A stretch of 64,000 nucleotides of DNA from Turneriella sp. (GCA_965279515.1 CBDIID010000003.1:3392001-3456000); one strand, 5' to 3'. Shown: positions 47,713 through 57,874, numbered from the stretch's first letter. Notes: generated by a model not told the origin, from the sequence alone. Program-made: numbers and translations.

Positions 47713-50226
47713 TCAACTGAAGAGACTGCCCTGGTCTTTGGGTGGCGTCGCCGTCTTGCGTTTCGGTTTTGCATCGCCTTTGTGATAGATACCGTCGGCC
47801 AAAAGGAAATCCGACTTTTTTTCGAGCTCGCTTAGAATTTCATGCGCGCGCGCCGTCACGGCCTGAGGCATACCCGCCATCTGCGCAACATGGATACCAT
47901 ACGATTTGTCGGCGACGCCCTCGATGATTTTGCGCAGAAAAACCACATGGCCGTCTTTTTCGACGACCGAAACCGTGAGGCCGGCAATCCCGCTTTCTTT
48001 GGAGATCAGGTGAGCGAGCTCAGAATAATGCGTGGCGAAGAGGGTTTTCGGCCGACCTCTCGTTTCATCGTTTAACGATTCAATCATCGCCTGCGCAATG
48101 CTGATGCCGTCATAGGTGGATGTCCCCCGGCCAACTTCGTCTAACAGAATCAAACTATCTTTCGTGTAGTTACGGAAGATGCGCGCGCACTCGGCCATCT
48201 CGACGAAAAACGTACTTTCGCCGCGCGACAGCCGGTCATGCGCGCCGATGCGTGTGAAAACGCGGTCGACGACCGGCAGATGTGCCGCTTTCGCAGCGAC
48301 GAAAGATCCCGCCTGCGCCATAATCTGCATGATGCCGATCTGGCGTATATACGTACTCTTACCGGCCATGTTGGGGCCCGTGATGATCGCGAGGTGCGGC
48401 GCCGCACCGCCACCGTTGTCGAGGGCGACATCGTTGGCGATAAACATCTCGCTGCGGAAATAGGCTTCAATGACGGGGTGGCGCGACGCCTCGGCACTCA
48501 GGGCGGTGCCTGCATGCATCTGTGGCCGCGTCAGGCGGTGTATGCCCGCGCATTCGGCGAAGGCGAGCAGCACGTCGAGCCGCGACAGGCGCTCGGCCCA
48601 GGTCTTGATCTGATCGGCCGCGGCGAGAATCTGTTCACGGATATCTTCGAAGATGCCCTTTTGCAAGCGCAAAACTTCTTCTTCGGCGGAGAGAATTTTA
48701 TTTTCGAGTTCCTTGAGTTCCGCGGTTGTATAACGCTCGCCATTTGTCAGTGTTTGTCGTCGCTGGTATCCCTCCGGCGCCTTCGCCGCCTGGCCCTTCG
48801 AAATCTCGATGAAATAGCCGAGCACGTTATTATGTTTCACGCGCAGCGTCGGAATCTGGTGCTCTTTTCTCTGCGCTTCTTCATAGCGCGTCAGGTGCCC
48901 GACGGCGTTCTGGCTGAGCTCGAGAAATTCGTCGAGCATCGGCATATAACCGGGCTTGAGGAACCGCCGGGCATCCAAAAGCGGCGGCAGGTTTTCCGTC
49001 AGGATTGCCTCGTCGAGAAGCGTATTGATGGCAGCGGGAAAATCTTTCAGCGTATTCCAGCCGGCGTCGAGCAGGGGCTGCATGCGGTTGTCGCCGATGA
49101 TTTTTTGCAGTTTGAGAACGGCCGCCAAGGTAGCCGACACCTGGCCCAGATGCCGCACCTGCGGATTGTTATTGAGATTTGTCAGTACCCGTTCGAGATC
49201 GGCAATCTTACCCAGCTCGGTGCCGATGAGTTCACGGTAAGAATTATGCTTTGAGAGAATCTCCACAACATCATGGCGATGTTGAATCTCCCCGAGTTCA
49301 GCCGATGGCCGCGCGAGCCATGCCCCCATGAGGCGCTGCCCGGCAGAACTTTTGACGCGCGCCAAGAGGCCCAAAAGACTCGGGTTGAGTTTGCCATCGG
49401 CGCTGGAAAGAATCTCCAGCGTACGTATCGTCGACTCGTCAAGCACCATGGTTTTGCGGCGGTACTCGCGCACCGGTGGTGACCAGTGCAGCTTCAAGAG
49501 CGGTGAGATCTCGCGCACATAGGCCAAGGCTAGCGTGAGTGCCTTCGCCTCGTCGGCGTCCAGCTCCCAGACGCCGAGATTTTTTGTCTGCAAAACATCC
49601 TTCAGCACGCGTTCCTGAAACGCGGCATCACCGACCGGGTACCGGCGCGTCTGCGTGAGGGTTTCGAAAGGGAATACGATTGCTTCGGCGTCGAGGGTTA
49701 CCCACTCCCGTATGCCCAAGGCCGTTGCGGCTTCACCCAATGCCTCGAGTGGTTTGCGCTCAAAGACGATCTGCGCCGTGGAAAGTTCAATGACGGCAAG
49801 CTGCCACGCATCGTCCTTTTTCACCGCCGCCGCGAGCCGCCGTGATTCTTTCGCTTCAATCAGCTGCTCTTCGAATAAACTGCCCGGCGTCAGAATGCGC
49901 GTCACACCGCGTTTTACGATACGCCCCTGCGCCTCGGCGGGGTCTTCGAGCTGGTCGCAGATGGCGATGCGCCGGCCCTGCATCAGAATGGGGTGCACAT
50001 ACTGGCTCATGCTGTGGTGCGGGACACCGCACATCGGCACCTTGTCTTGCCGGCGCGTCAGCGCGATGTCGAGCACGCGCGAAGCATAGACGGCGTCTTC
50101 GAGAAACATCTCGTAAAAGTCGCCCATGCGGAAGAAGAGTATATCGTCGGGGTATTGTTTTTTGATCTCGAGGTACTGCCGCATCATCGGCGTGTCTAAA
50201 TTTTTTGCGTCGACTTCGGTATTCAT
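47713..50226 (-). CDS. mutS: DNA mismatch repair protein MutS
   Basis: TPMM.QY, FRMGDFYE.F.EDA, TGPNMAGKSTY, STF.VEM, DEVGRGTST, SYGI.VA. Confidence 0.97.
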   Translation of the reverse strand: MNTEVDAKNLDTPMMRQYLEIKKQYPDDILFFRMGDFYEMFLEDAVYASRVLDIALTRRQDKVPMCGVPHHSMSQYVHPILMQGRRIAICDQLEDPAEAQGRIVKRGVTRILTPGSLFEEQLIEAKESRRLAAAVKKDDAWQLAVIELSTAQIVFERKPLEALGEAATALGIREWVTLDAEAIVFPFETLTQTRRYPVGDAAFQERVLKDVLQTKNLGVWELDADEAKALTLALAYVREISPLLKLHWSPPVREYRRKTMVLDESTIRTLEILSSADGKLNPSLLGLLARVKSSAGQRLMGAWLARPSAELGEIQHRHDVVEILSKHNSYRELIGTELGKIADLERVLTNLNNNPQVRHLGQVSATLAAVLKLQKIIGDNRMQPLLDAGWNTLKDFPAAINTLLDEAILTENLPPLLDARRFLKPGYMPMLDEFLELSQNAVGHLTRYEEAQRKEHQIPTLRVKHNNVLGYFIEISKGQAAKAPEGYQRRQTLTNGERYTTAELKELENKILSAEEEVLRLQKGIFEDIREQILAAADQIKTWAERLSRLDVLLAFAECAGIHRLTRPQMHAGTALSAEASRHPVIEAYFRSEMFIANDVALDNGGGAAPHLAIITGPNMAGKSTYIRQIGIMQIMAQAGSFVAAKAAHLPVVDRVFTRIGAHDRLSRGESTFFVEMAECARIFRNYTKDSLILLDEVGRGTSTYDGISIAQAMIESLNDETRGRPKTLFATHYSELAHLISKESGIAGLTVSVVEKDGHVVFLRKIIEGVADKSYGIHVAQMAGMPQAVTARAHEILSELEKKSDFLLADGIYHKGDAKPKRKTATPPKDQGSLFS

Positions 50227-50228
50227 GG

Positions 50229-50897
50229 TTATTGTTGCGCGTGCAGCATCTGCGCTGCGCGGCGGGCGTTCTGAATAAACTGGCTGACCTTGTCGTGGTC
50301 CTTGATGCCGGGCGATTTTTCGACGCCGCTGGCGACGTCGACACCGGGGGGATTGACTTGGGCGACGATTTTTGCAACGTTATCGGCAGTGAGCCCGCCG
50401 GCGAGAAGATAGGGGCGTTGGATGCTGGCGATATTTTCGTGGTTGAAGGTTTTGCCGGTACCGCCGGCTAAGGTCCCCTTCCCAGCCTCTTCCAGAAGAG
50501 GGGCCCGATGCGAATCAAATAATATCAGCGGATATTGATTCCATCGTGCTAAATTCGTGATCTCGATTTTCTGCGCTGCCGAAATTGAGGGCATAACCTT
50601 CTCTGTGGGAGCAAGGTTTAACAGCCGCGCAATTTCGGGATGATCCGCCATAATCTGTAGCCGCGTATCTGGTAAAGCCAGGCTACGGAAAGTGCTCTCG
50701 ATATAGCCTGCATCGTCGTAGCCGAAAACCAGGTATTTCGGCTGTGGCAAATTTGCTTTCAAAATCGCGCGCGCCTGATCGGGTGCGGCACGCCGCGGGC
50801 TGGTTTCGGACATGACTATTCCGAGAAAATCGGCGCCGCATTCCGCTGCGAATGCCGCGTCTTCCACCAGAGTTAATCCGCAGATTTTGATGAGCAT
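50229..50897 (-). CDS. trpF: Phosphoribosylanthranilate isomerase
   Basis: IKICGLT, SPR, GGTG..F, LAGGL...NV, GVDVASGVE..PG.KD. Confidence 0.93.
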   Translation of the reverse strand: MLIKICGLTLVEDAAFAAECGADFLGIVMSETSPRRAAPDQARAILKANLPQPKYLVFGYDDAGYIESTFRSLALPDTRLQIMADHPEIARLLNLAPTEKVMPSISAAQKIEITNLARWNQYPLILFDSHRAPLLEEAGKGTLAGGTGKTFNHENIASIQRPYLLAGGLTADNVAKIVAQVNPPGVDVASGVEKSPGIKDHDKVSQFIQNARRAAQMLHAQQ

Positions 50898-52558
50898 CAG
50901 GGCTTAATTTTCCACTCGAGCATATCGAGGCCAATGGGGTAGACATTGACATTGGTAAAGCGGCGGTTCACGGCGATCAGTGCATAGCTCGCGTAGAGGA
51001 AGGTGTAGGGTTGCTCGTTGTAGACAATCTCATGGAAGCGGTGGTATAAATTATTGCGCTCTTTGGGGTCGAATGTCACGCGCGCCTGTTCGATGAGACC
51101 ATCGGTTTCTGCGTTGCCGAAGCCCGTAAAGTTGTGGCCCTTTTCGCGCTGCGAAGTATGCCAGAGCTGATAAGGGTCTGACTCGATGCCCGATTGCCAG
51201 CCGAGCATGACGGATTGAAAATCGCGCTGGTTAATTTTTTCGAGCATTGTCTGGAACTCGAGTTTGCGCAGCGTGAGATTGATGCCGGCTTTGCTGAAAT
51301 CTTCTTTAAGCACCGAAACGAACTGGTCGGCAAACCCGCCGCCCGCGGGAATCATGAGTTCGAACTCGAAGGGTTTACCGTCTTTGGCAAGATGGCCATT
51401 GCTATCGCGCACATACCCGGCGGCCTTGAGCAGCTCAAGCGCCTTGGCGGGGTCATATGTCAGCGGCTTCAGTTTCTTGTTATACTGCAGGCTCTGTTGC
51501 AGAAACGGACCCGTGGTAATTTCCGCAAGGCCTTCGAGAATCGTGGTGCGTACGCGTTCGGTATCCATGAGGTGCGCCATCGCATGCCGCACGCGCACAT
51601 CGTTGAATGGCGGACGGCGCAGGTTGTAGCCGACATAACGGTAGCTCGTGGCGAGGTATTTGATCTTCTGAAAATCGCGGTTAAATTTTTCGGAATTCGT
51701 CTGCCGTGTCCACTGTAGAGGCCTCAGATTATAGCTATCGATGTCGCCTTTTTTCAAAGCCTGCAATGCTACGGCGTCATTCTTGATTATCTGGTATTCG
51801 ATCTTTTGGATCTCTGGCTTCGGCCCCCAGTACTTTTCAAAGCGCGTCAAAATCACACGCGTGCCGTTTGTCCATTCGCCAAATTTGTATGGCCCGCTGC
51901 CGATTGGACCGCGGAAATTTCTCTCATCGGTCATGAAGTTACCGACCGAATAGATATGTTTTGGAATTACTTCAAAGCCGCCCAAATGCTCGAGCGCCAT
52001 CGCGTAGGGTCTTTTCATCCTGAAGACAATCGTATACGCATCGGGTGAAGCGATCGATTGTACATCCTTGTAATAAACCTTTTTGTGCGCATTCGGCACC
52101 TTGTCGCTCATCATCATCTCATAGCTGAACATGACATCGGCGGCCGTGAGTGGTTTCAGGTCATGGAAAAGGATGTTCTTCCGTAGCTTGAATGTGTAGG
52201 TCAGCTTGTCGGCGCCAACCGTAAATTTTTCGGCGATCTGCCCCGTGAGCTCCAGCGTGCGGTGATCGCGCTCGACGAGGCTTTCGAACAGGCGCATCTG
52301 TATAGCATGCGAATAGGCGTCTTCGGAGATCACCGGGTTGAGGTTGATGGGATCGCTTGCCAGATGGTAGGTGAGCGTCGTGGGTTCGACATCAAAACCG
52401 CGGCGGGCGCAGGATATCAGCAATAGAGTGCATATGGCGAGGCAATGTAAGGTACGCCCCCTTTCCCAGCCCTTCCCCCAAGTCTGGGGGAAGGGAGGTT
52501 GTGCTGCCCCCTCCCCAGACTTGGGGAGGGGGCTAGGGGGTGGGGCGTATGCTTTCAT
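50897..52558 (-). CDS. ABC transporter substrate-binding lipoprotein (family 5, OppA-like)
   Basis: TA.DV.FS, PIGSGPYKF, F.DVRVR.A, YDP.KA..LL; lipobox LISC. Confidence 0.92.
   Translation of the reverse strand: MKAYAPPPSPLPKSGEGAAQPPFPQTWGKGWERGRTLHCLAICTLLLISCARRGFDVEPTTLTYHLASDPINLNPVISEDAYSHAIQMRLFESLVERDHRTLELTGQIAEKFTVGADKLTYTFKLRKNILFHDLKPLTAADVMFSYEMMMSDKVPNAHKKVYYKDVQSIASPDAYTIVFRMKRPYAMALEHLGGFEVIPKHIYSVGNFMTDERNFRGPIGSGPYKFGEWTNGTRVILTRFEKYWGPKPEIQKIEYQIIKNDAVALQALKKGDIDSYNLRPLQWTRQTNSEKFNRDFQKIKYLATSYRYVGYNLRRPPFNDVRVRHAMAHLMDTERVRTTILEGLAEITTGPFLQQSLQYNKKLKPLTYDPAKALELLKAAGYVRDSNGHLAKDGKPFEFELMIPAGGGFADQFVSVLKEDFSKAGINLTLRKLEFQTMLEKINQRDFQSVMLGWQSGIESDPYQLWHTSQREKGHNFTGFGNAETDGLIEQARVTFDPKERNNLYHRFHEIVYNEQPYTFLYASYALIAVNRRFTNVNVYPIGLDMLEWKIKP
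52453..52549. repeat. Palindromic C/G-rich repeat doublet lying in frame within the OppA-like signal region
   Basis: Two inverted hairpins (loops AGTC and GACT); termini TACGCCCC/GGGGCGTA. Confidence 0.88.
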
Positions 52559-53325
52559 CAGTTCTTATACTTCGGCCGGCGTTTGTCGCGCACGGCAGAG
52601 AGGCCTTCGACAAAACTTTCGGCCGTCAGGAATTTATCCAGGGTTTCAAGGCCCTCGCGCTTTTTCATATTTTCGATATTCGCCGCGCGCAGGGTCTCTT
52701 TGACATTGGCGACTGAAGCCAGCGGCAGTTCAAAAATCCGTTTCAGAAACTTCTCAGCCTCTTTAACGGTAGTGCCATTGTCGAAAACTTCGTCGACAAG
52801 CCCGAGCTGCTGCGCGCGTTCTGACTTAATCGCGCTGCCCAGCATGGCGATTTCGCGCAAGGGGCCAGGTCCCGTGGCCGATTCAATCAGGTTGATGATG
52901 GCCTTGGGAATGGTTAATCCCACGGCGACTTCTGAAAATGAGATGCGGCTCTTCTCGCGGCTCATGAAGCGCCAGTCAGAGAGAATGGCGATTACTGCGC
53001 CGCCGGCCATGGCATGGCCCTCGATCGCCGCGATGTGCGGCTTTGGGAAAGCATAGACGTCGAGCACCATTTTGAGCAGCGTCTCGAAGACCTCTTGCCG
53101 GCCCTTGACGTCGCGCGAGAGCATCATGTGGGGCTCAAGGCCATTGGAAAAATAACCGTCGACGGAGGAGTGAACAATAACACCCCAAACCTCTTTATTT
53201 GCAGCCAGCTCTGCATGCAGCGCCGTGAATTCCTGCATGAAAGGGATATCCATGAGATTCATCGGTGCACGGTTCATCGACACATAGCCGATATGGTTTT
53301 CGACGCGTGTGGTCAGGAAAGGCAT
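52558..53325 (-). CDS. Enoyl-CoA hydratase/isomerase family protein
   Basis: FSNGL, PKP.IAAI.GHA.AGG, SEV.VGL, A..LGLVDE, R.PKY. Confidence 0.9.
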   Translation of the reverse strand: MPFLTTRVENHIGYVSMNRAPMNLMDIPFMQEFTALHAELAANKEVWGVIVHSSVDGYFSNGLEPHMMLSRDVKGRQEVFETLLKMVLDVYAFPKPHIAAIEGHAMAGGAVIAILSDWRFMSREKSRISFSEVAVGLTIPKAIINLIESATGPGPLREIAMLGSAIKSERAQQLGLVDEVFDNGTTVKEAEKFLKRIFELPLASVANVKETLRAANIENMKKREGLETLDKFLTAESFVEGLSAVRDKRRPKYKN

Positions 53326-53394
53326 GAATCCCCGTGAATCTCTGAAACAGGTGGGCAAGGAAAAGTTGGCTCCGCCGCAGCGGCGCGGTGCCGG

Positions 53395-55374
53395 TTATTT
53401 GCCGAACAGGTAACTTAGTTTGTAGCGGGCGATCTTGGCCACGAGCGTATTGATCGTGATGTCGAGCTCCATCGCGGTGCGGCGTTTGTTCAGTTTATTC
53501 TTCAGCAGAAAAGTACGGATGACCGTGCGTTCGGATTCTTCGAGTGCTGAAAAACTTCCCGCCGCCAGGGCTTTTACCTCACGGCCTTTTTCACCGCTGG
53601 CCGCCAGAACTGGCGGTGCCGCGGCGAGGCAGAGTTGCAGCACCTGTGTGCGGATATCGGCGATGTGTATATGTTCAGCCTCGGCCAGCTTTGCCTTGAG
53701 ATAATCGGCATGCACGGCGGTAAACGGCACTTCAGGGTACAGGTTGCGGTGTTCGGCAATAAAGCCGAGTGCCAGATGGAAAACATCGGCCTCACGATCC
53801 CGCAGTGCCGGCACAGGCACGGCGAAACTCAGCGCGCGTGTCAGGTTGTCTGGCAGGTCGAGTCCCGAGCCGTAGAAATCGCGTGATGCCGTTATATAAA
53901 GAGAAACTTTTCTGCGCTGGCTATGCATCAGTTTTTCCACGAGTTCGATCTGGTCTGGCCGCAGCACGGACAAGTTGTGCACGATCACGGACAGATCACC
54001 CTCTGTCGCCAGCAGGCGGGCAATTTCTGTCGGGAAAATTTCTTCATGCTCGGGAAAAAGTTCGGCGATCTGTCCGCCACCGGCAGTTTTTGCAGCGACG
54101 CGTGCCAGCAAGGCACGCCCGGTGCTTTTGTCGCCGTAAAACAGCATGGGTTCACCGGCGCGCGCAAAATTCATGGTATGGTTGACTGCTTCTGCAAAAT
54201 TTTTAGAAAAACAATAGAAGCCGACACCGGTCATCGCTTCCATTTCTGCGCGGTTTTCAGTCAATGTCTGTGCGATACGTTCCATCGTCAGAATTTCCCC
54301 GGCCGGCAGGCGACGGTTCTCGAAATGGTTTTCGAGCTCGGGCAGTAATTTTTGTTTTAACAGGTCTTGTGCGCGCAGCAGCGCGAAAAACAAACGCTTA
54401 TTATCGCGATCGAGCGCAATCGACTGATCGATGATACCGGCTGAAAACTGTTTACCTAAAACCTGGGCGGCGGGCATAACATCTGGCGCCGGCGCATTTT
54501 CCCGTTTTGAGACCAGCAGATCGAAGGCTCCGCTGGCGCCTGAAAAGGCAAGGCGGCGGTTCATCTCGGGGGCTCCGGATTCAAAAGACCGGCCGAGAAA
54601 TGCGAGAAATTCGCTCCACGAAAGCAGGTTTTTTTCCAGGGTGGAATTTGAGTTGGATGCAATGAGCATCTCGAACTGTTTTGTGAGAAAATACCGGCTG
54701 CCCTGCGTCAGCAGGGCATACACACGCGCCAGGAAAATCACCGGGAAAACAGGCCCCAGGAGTACGGCTGTGGTTTTTCCTGCGAAAATCGGGACGATGG
54801 TGTTTGTCAGGGCGATGAGGGCGAAGGTAATCCAGCCTGCGGTGAAAACCTCGCCCAGTTGATAACGGATAATCGCATCTTCCGTCTTGCGCGACAGCTT
54901 CCAAAGCCTGAAGAAGATGTAGGCACCGAACAGGATAAAATGGACCACAAAATAAAGCCGTAAGGGTCCGTAGTTTAAGCGGCTGACACCCGTCTCATTC
55001 ACCTCGACCCCGGATACAACCAGGCCGCCCAGAATCAAACCCAGTGCGATGAGACTGCTGGCATAAAATGCGTAGAGAGTATAATCACGCTCGCTGCGGC
55101 CAGACAACGCGCGGATAAAACCCGCGAATGCAGGTAAAAGCAGAATACCCGCAATAAAAATCAGTTTTGCCACAGGCAGCGCCCATTCTGCCCGCAGATG
55201 GATGCTCCAGAAGCAGAGCATGGCATTCAGCCAGACAATGCCGGTAAATAGCGTCAGTAAAAAAAGACTGCGGATGCGGCTATGCGTGAGTTTAAAAAGC
55301 GTTAATCCCGCGACGGCCAGGGCCGGCAAGTTCAGGGCTACCATGGCAACCGGAAATAATGCTTCGTTAATCAT
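53395..55374 (-). CDS. 7TM membrane sensor fused to a degenerate sigma54-type AAA+ domain and Fis HTH
   Basis: About 7 N-terminal TM; YGDKSTGRALLAR (degenerate Walker A); VPALRDR..D; LEE.ER..I...L.....NK..TA..L.I...TL..K. Confidence 0.78.
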   Translation of the reverse strand: MINEALFPVAMVALNLPALAVAGLTLFKLTHSRIRSLFLLTLFTGIVWLNAMLCFWSIHLRAEWALPVAKLIFIAGILLLPAFAGFIRALSGRSERDYTLYAFYASSLIALGLILGGLVVSGVEVNETGVSRLNYGPLRLYFVVHFILFGAYIFFRLWKLSRKTEDAIIRYQLGEVFTAGWITFALIALTNTIVPIFAGKTTAVLLGPVFPVIFLARVYALLTQGSRYFLTKQFEMLIASNSNSTLEKNLLSWSEFLAFLGRSFESGAPEMNRRLAFSGASGAFDLLVSKRENAPAPDVMPAAQVLGKQFSAGIIDQSIALDRDNKRLFFALLRAQDLLKQKLLPELENHFENRRLPAGEILTMERIAQTLTENRAEMEAMTGVGFYCFSKNFAEAVNHTMNFARAGEPMLFYGDKSTGRALLARVAAKTAGGGQIAELFPEHEEIFPTEIARLLATEGDLSVIVHNLSVLRPDQIELVEKLMHSQRRKVSLYITASRDFYGSGLDLPDNLTRALSFAVPVPALRDREADVFHLALGFIAEHRNLYPEVPFTAVHADYLKAKLAEAEHIHIADIRTQVLQLCLAAAPPVLAASGEKGREVKALAAGSFSALEESERTVIRTFLLKNKLNKRRTAMELDITINTLVAKIARYKLSYLFGK

Positions 55375-56596
55375 CTTTTGGCTCCTCGAGGACGATGGCG
55401 GCATTGATGCCGCCGATTCCGTGGCTATTTACCAGAACACGGCGCACTTTTTGTCGCAAGCTTTTTTTTACGAAAAACAGATGCGAATCATCATCTGCCA
55501 GTCGGTGGTTCCGGATCGGGGGGATAGTTCCCGTGTAAATTGTATTTGCAGCGGCAGCAATCTGGAATCCCCCCGCCGAAGACATTCCCTGACCCACGGA
55601 TCCTTTGATCGATGTCACCGGTGTATCGGGTAAAACAGTCTGCGACAGAGCACGGCCCTCGGCGATATCAATGCTTCTGTCGCTCGGCGCGTGGGCGTTG
55701 ACGTGATCGGGGCCTCTGCCGTCGAGGGCGCGGTCAATCATCTTGCGCCATTTTTCCCCGGATTTATCGAGCAAGAAGTACTGATTTATATTCTCAGTCT
55801 GCAGCGCAAAACCGTCGATCTGTGCATAGATACGGGCATTGCGGGCCCGTGCGAGTTTCGCATTTTCCAGGATAAAAACACTCGCGCCTTCGCCGAGCAC
55901 ATGCCTGTCATGGCGCACATCAAAAGGAGAAACCGCTTCGTCGGGGTGCTCGTTATTGGTCGAAAGAAAATTGGCGCTGCAAAATCCGGCAAAGATGAGC
56001 CGCGTGATCGGCGTGTCGACGGAACCGCAGATCACGATGTCCGCTTCGTCGTTTTGAACACGCCGGAATGCCTGGCCGACCGCATCGATGCCGCTGGCGC
56101 AGGCCGAAGACACGGTCGTCACATAATTTTCCGCGCCGGCTTTGAGGGCGATGGCGCATGCGGGCGAGTTTAACGCGGTCCGCAGCAAGCCCATCGGGTC
56201 GCCAATGCCCGCTGTAAATTTACGGATGCCATCCGGATTTTTCAAAATCTGCTCTTCCATCACATCGAAGGCATTCATCGAGGTTCCCATAATGACACCT
56301 GTGCGTGCCGGGTCGATATAAGACAGCCCGCTATCCGCATACGCTAGTTCATAAGCGACGCGGGCAAACTGCGTGGCGCGCGAAAACGCCTTTTGCTCGC
56401 GCGGCGTCATAAAAGGCGAAGGATCAAAATCCTTTACTTCGGCCGCAATCCGGCTGGGAAAAGACTCAGCGTCGAAGAGGGTAATCGGGCCGACGCCGGT
56501 GCGCGACTCGAGAAGACCTTGCCAGAAATTGCCGAGGCCGATGCCGATGGGTGAAACCACACCGATACCGGTAATCGCTACCTGTTGTTTTTGCAT
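55367..56596 (-). CDS. FabF-like beta-ketoacyl synthase with divergent active site
   Basis: VAITGIG.VSP.G, SACASG, PFD.R....LGEGA, NAHA, S.KG..GQ, NSHGIGG.NA. Confidence 0.85.
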   Translation of the reverse strand: MQKQQVAITGIGVVSPIGIGLGNFWQGLLESRTGVGPITLFDAESFPSRIAAEVKDFDPSPFMTPREQKAFSRATQFARVAYELAYADSGLSYIDPARTGVIMGTSMNAFDVMEEQILKNPDGIRKFTAGIGDPMGLLRTALNSPACAIALKAGAENYVTTVSSACASGIDAVGQAFRRVQNDEADIVICGSVDTPITRLIFAGFCSANFLSTNNEHPDEAVSPFDVRHDRHVLGEGASVFILENAKLARARNARIYAQIDGFALQTENINQYFLLDKSGEKWRKMIDRALDGRGPDHVNAHAPSDRSIDIAEGRALSQTVLPDTPVTSIKGSVGQGMSSAGGFQIAAAANTIYTGTIPPIRNHRLADDDSHLFFVKKSLRQKVRRVLVNSHGIGGINAAIVLEEPKDD

Positions 56597-56707
56597 GAGA
56601 ATATTTCCGTGAGTGGTATGTCGCTGCTCAATGTCAATGACGAACTTGTCATTATAGACGGAATGATCCGGGAATAAACGACAGGCAGCTGCACGAAGCC
56701 GCTTGAA

Positions 56708-57874
56708 TCAGATACTGAAGGGTTCCATGCTGCCCGCGCGCCGGCGGAATATCCTCACCGGCGCGCCAGGTTTCGTGAGCGCCAGGGTTTCTCCCGAGTT
56801 TTCGAAGACGCCGAGATTGGGGTATAAAAGCCTGGATCCCTGGATTCTGATATTTTCAACCTTCGTCGTTTTGCCTGCTTCTTCGAGCTGTAGCTCTGCG
56901 ATCTGGTAATGCTGGTGGATGGTCAGCTTTGCGCCGCCATCAGCTTCCCAGATGCCCGACAGATTTGCCGGGATAACCCAGTAGTATACGACGCGTGACT
57001 TGTCTTCCATGGCTTTTTTACCGTCTGGCTGCCAGTCACCCATATGCCAGTTATGCGATACGATCTGTGTACCGGGCTTAAGTTCGCGGAAAAATTTTGG
57101 TTTGAGTTTCGAGTTGATGCGGTCGCTGAGATAGATCGCGATGATCGTCGCGGACGACAGATCGGCGGCGAAAAGATTTTCCGTGCGCAGCGTGATGAGC
57201 TCAGACACCTTTTGCTGCCGCGCCATAACATTGCCGCGTTCGATCAGTTTGGGGTCCAGGTCGTAGCCGATGCCGCGTGTACCGAAGCGGCGGGCGGCAG
57301 CGATGAGAATGCGCGCGTCGCCGCAACCGAGGTCGAACATGATATCTTTAGACGTCGGGTGTGTGAAGCGGAACATCTGCTCGATGACCTCGGGCAACGT
57401 CGGTCCCCAGACGACATCGAGGCGTAGCTTGTTCTTTTCGCGCAGCAGGCGATCCATCTCGGCTTCGTCTTCGGTGTAATACATGACCTTGCGGTCTTTC
57501 CCGAGTTTTACCTCGATGAGGGGCAGGGCCAGCTTGTCGGCCTGGTAGCGGCCGCGGTAGAGTTTCCGGTCGGTGACGGGGGTCAACGTCACGGTGCCGC
57601 TTTCAGGCCGTTTGTAAGAGAGCTGTACCTTGTCGCCCTCCGCCTTCCATGAGACGCCGGCACTTTCAACCTTCGTGCGGAACTCCATGGTGAGGCTGGG
57701 TAAGCCCTCGACGTGGTTGTCGTACAGCTCGACGCGCATGAACTGATATGCGAATTTCTCCGACAGAAACCAGTAGCCCTTTTTCGGGGCATCGAGCGTA
57801 ATCGAGGGTTTTTGAATAGGGGGATGGCACGCGGCGGAAATATACAGGGCCGCCAGAAAAGGCATTTTTCTCAT
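56708..57874 (-). CDS. Class I SAM-dependent methyltransferase with N-terminal lipoprotein-like extension
   Basis: LDV..GPT, DLGCGDARI.I.AA, G.DLDP, L.PKF..ELKPG..IVSH...MG.WQPD. Confidence 0.85.
   Translation of the reverse strand: MRKMPFLAALYISAACHPPIQKPSITLDAPKKGYWFLSEKFAYQFMRVELYDNHVEGLPSLTMEFRTKVESAGVSWKAEGDKVQLSYKRPESGTVTLTPVTDRKLYRGRYQADKLALPLIEVKLGKDRKVMYYTEDEAEMDRLLREKNKLRLDVVWGPTLPEVIEQMFRFTHPTSKDIMFDLGCGDARILIAAARRFGTRGIGYDLDPKLIERGNVMARQQKVSELITLRTENLFAADLSSATIIAIYLSDRINSKLKPKFFRELKPGTQIVSHNWHMGDWQPDGKKAMEDKSRVVYYWVIPANLSGIWEADGGAKLTIHQHYQIAELQLEEAGKTTKVENIRIQGSRLLYPNLGVFENSGETLALTKPGAPVRIFRRRAGSMEPFSI

Noticed and set aside
40231..49254. Long antisense ORFs (40231-41322, 44579-45487, 48238-49254)
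   Set aside because: Shadow frames opposite well-supported genes, expected from codon bias; no recognisable motifs
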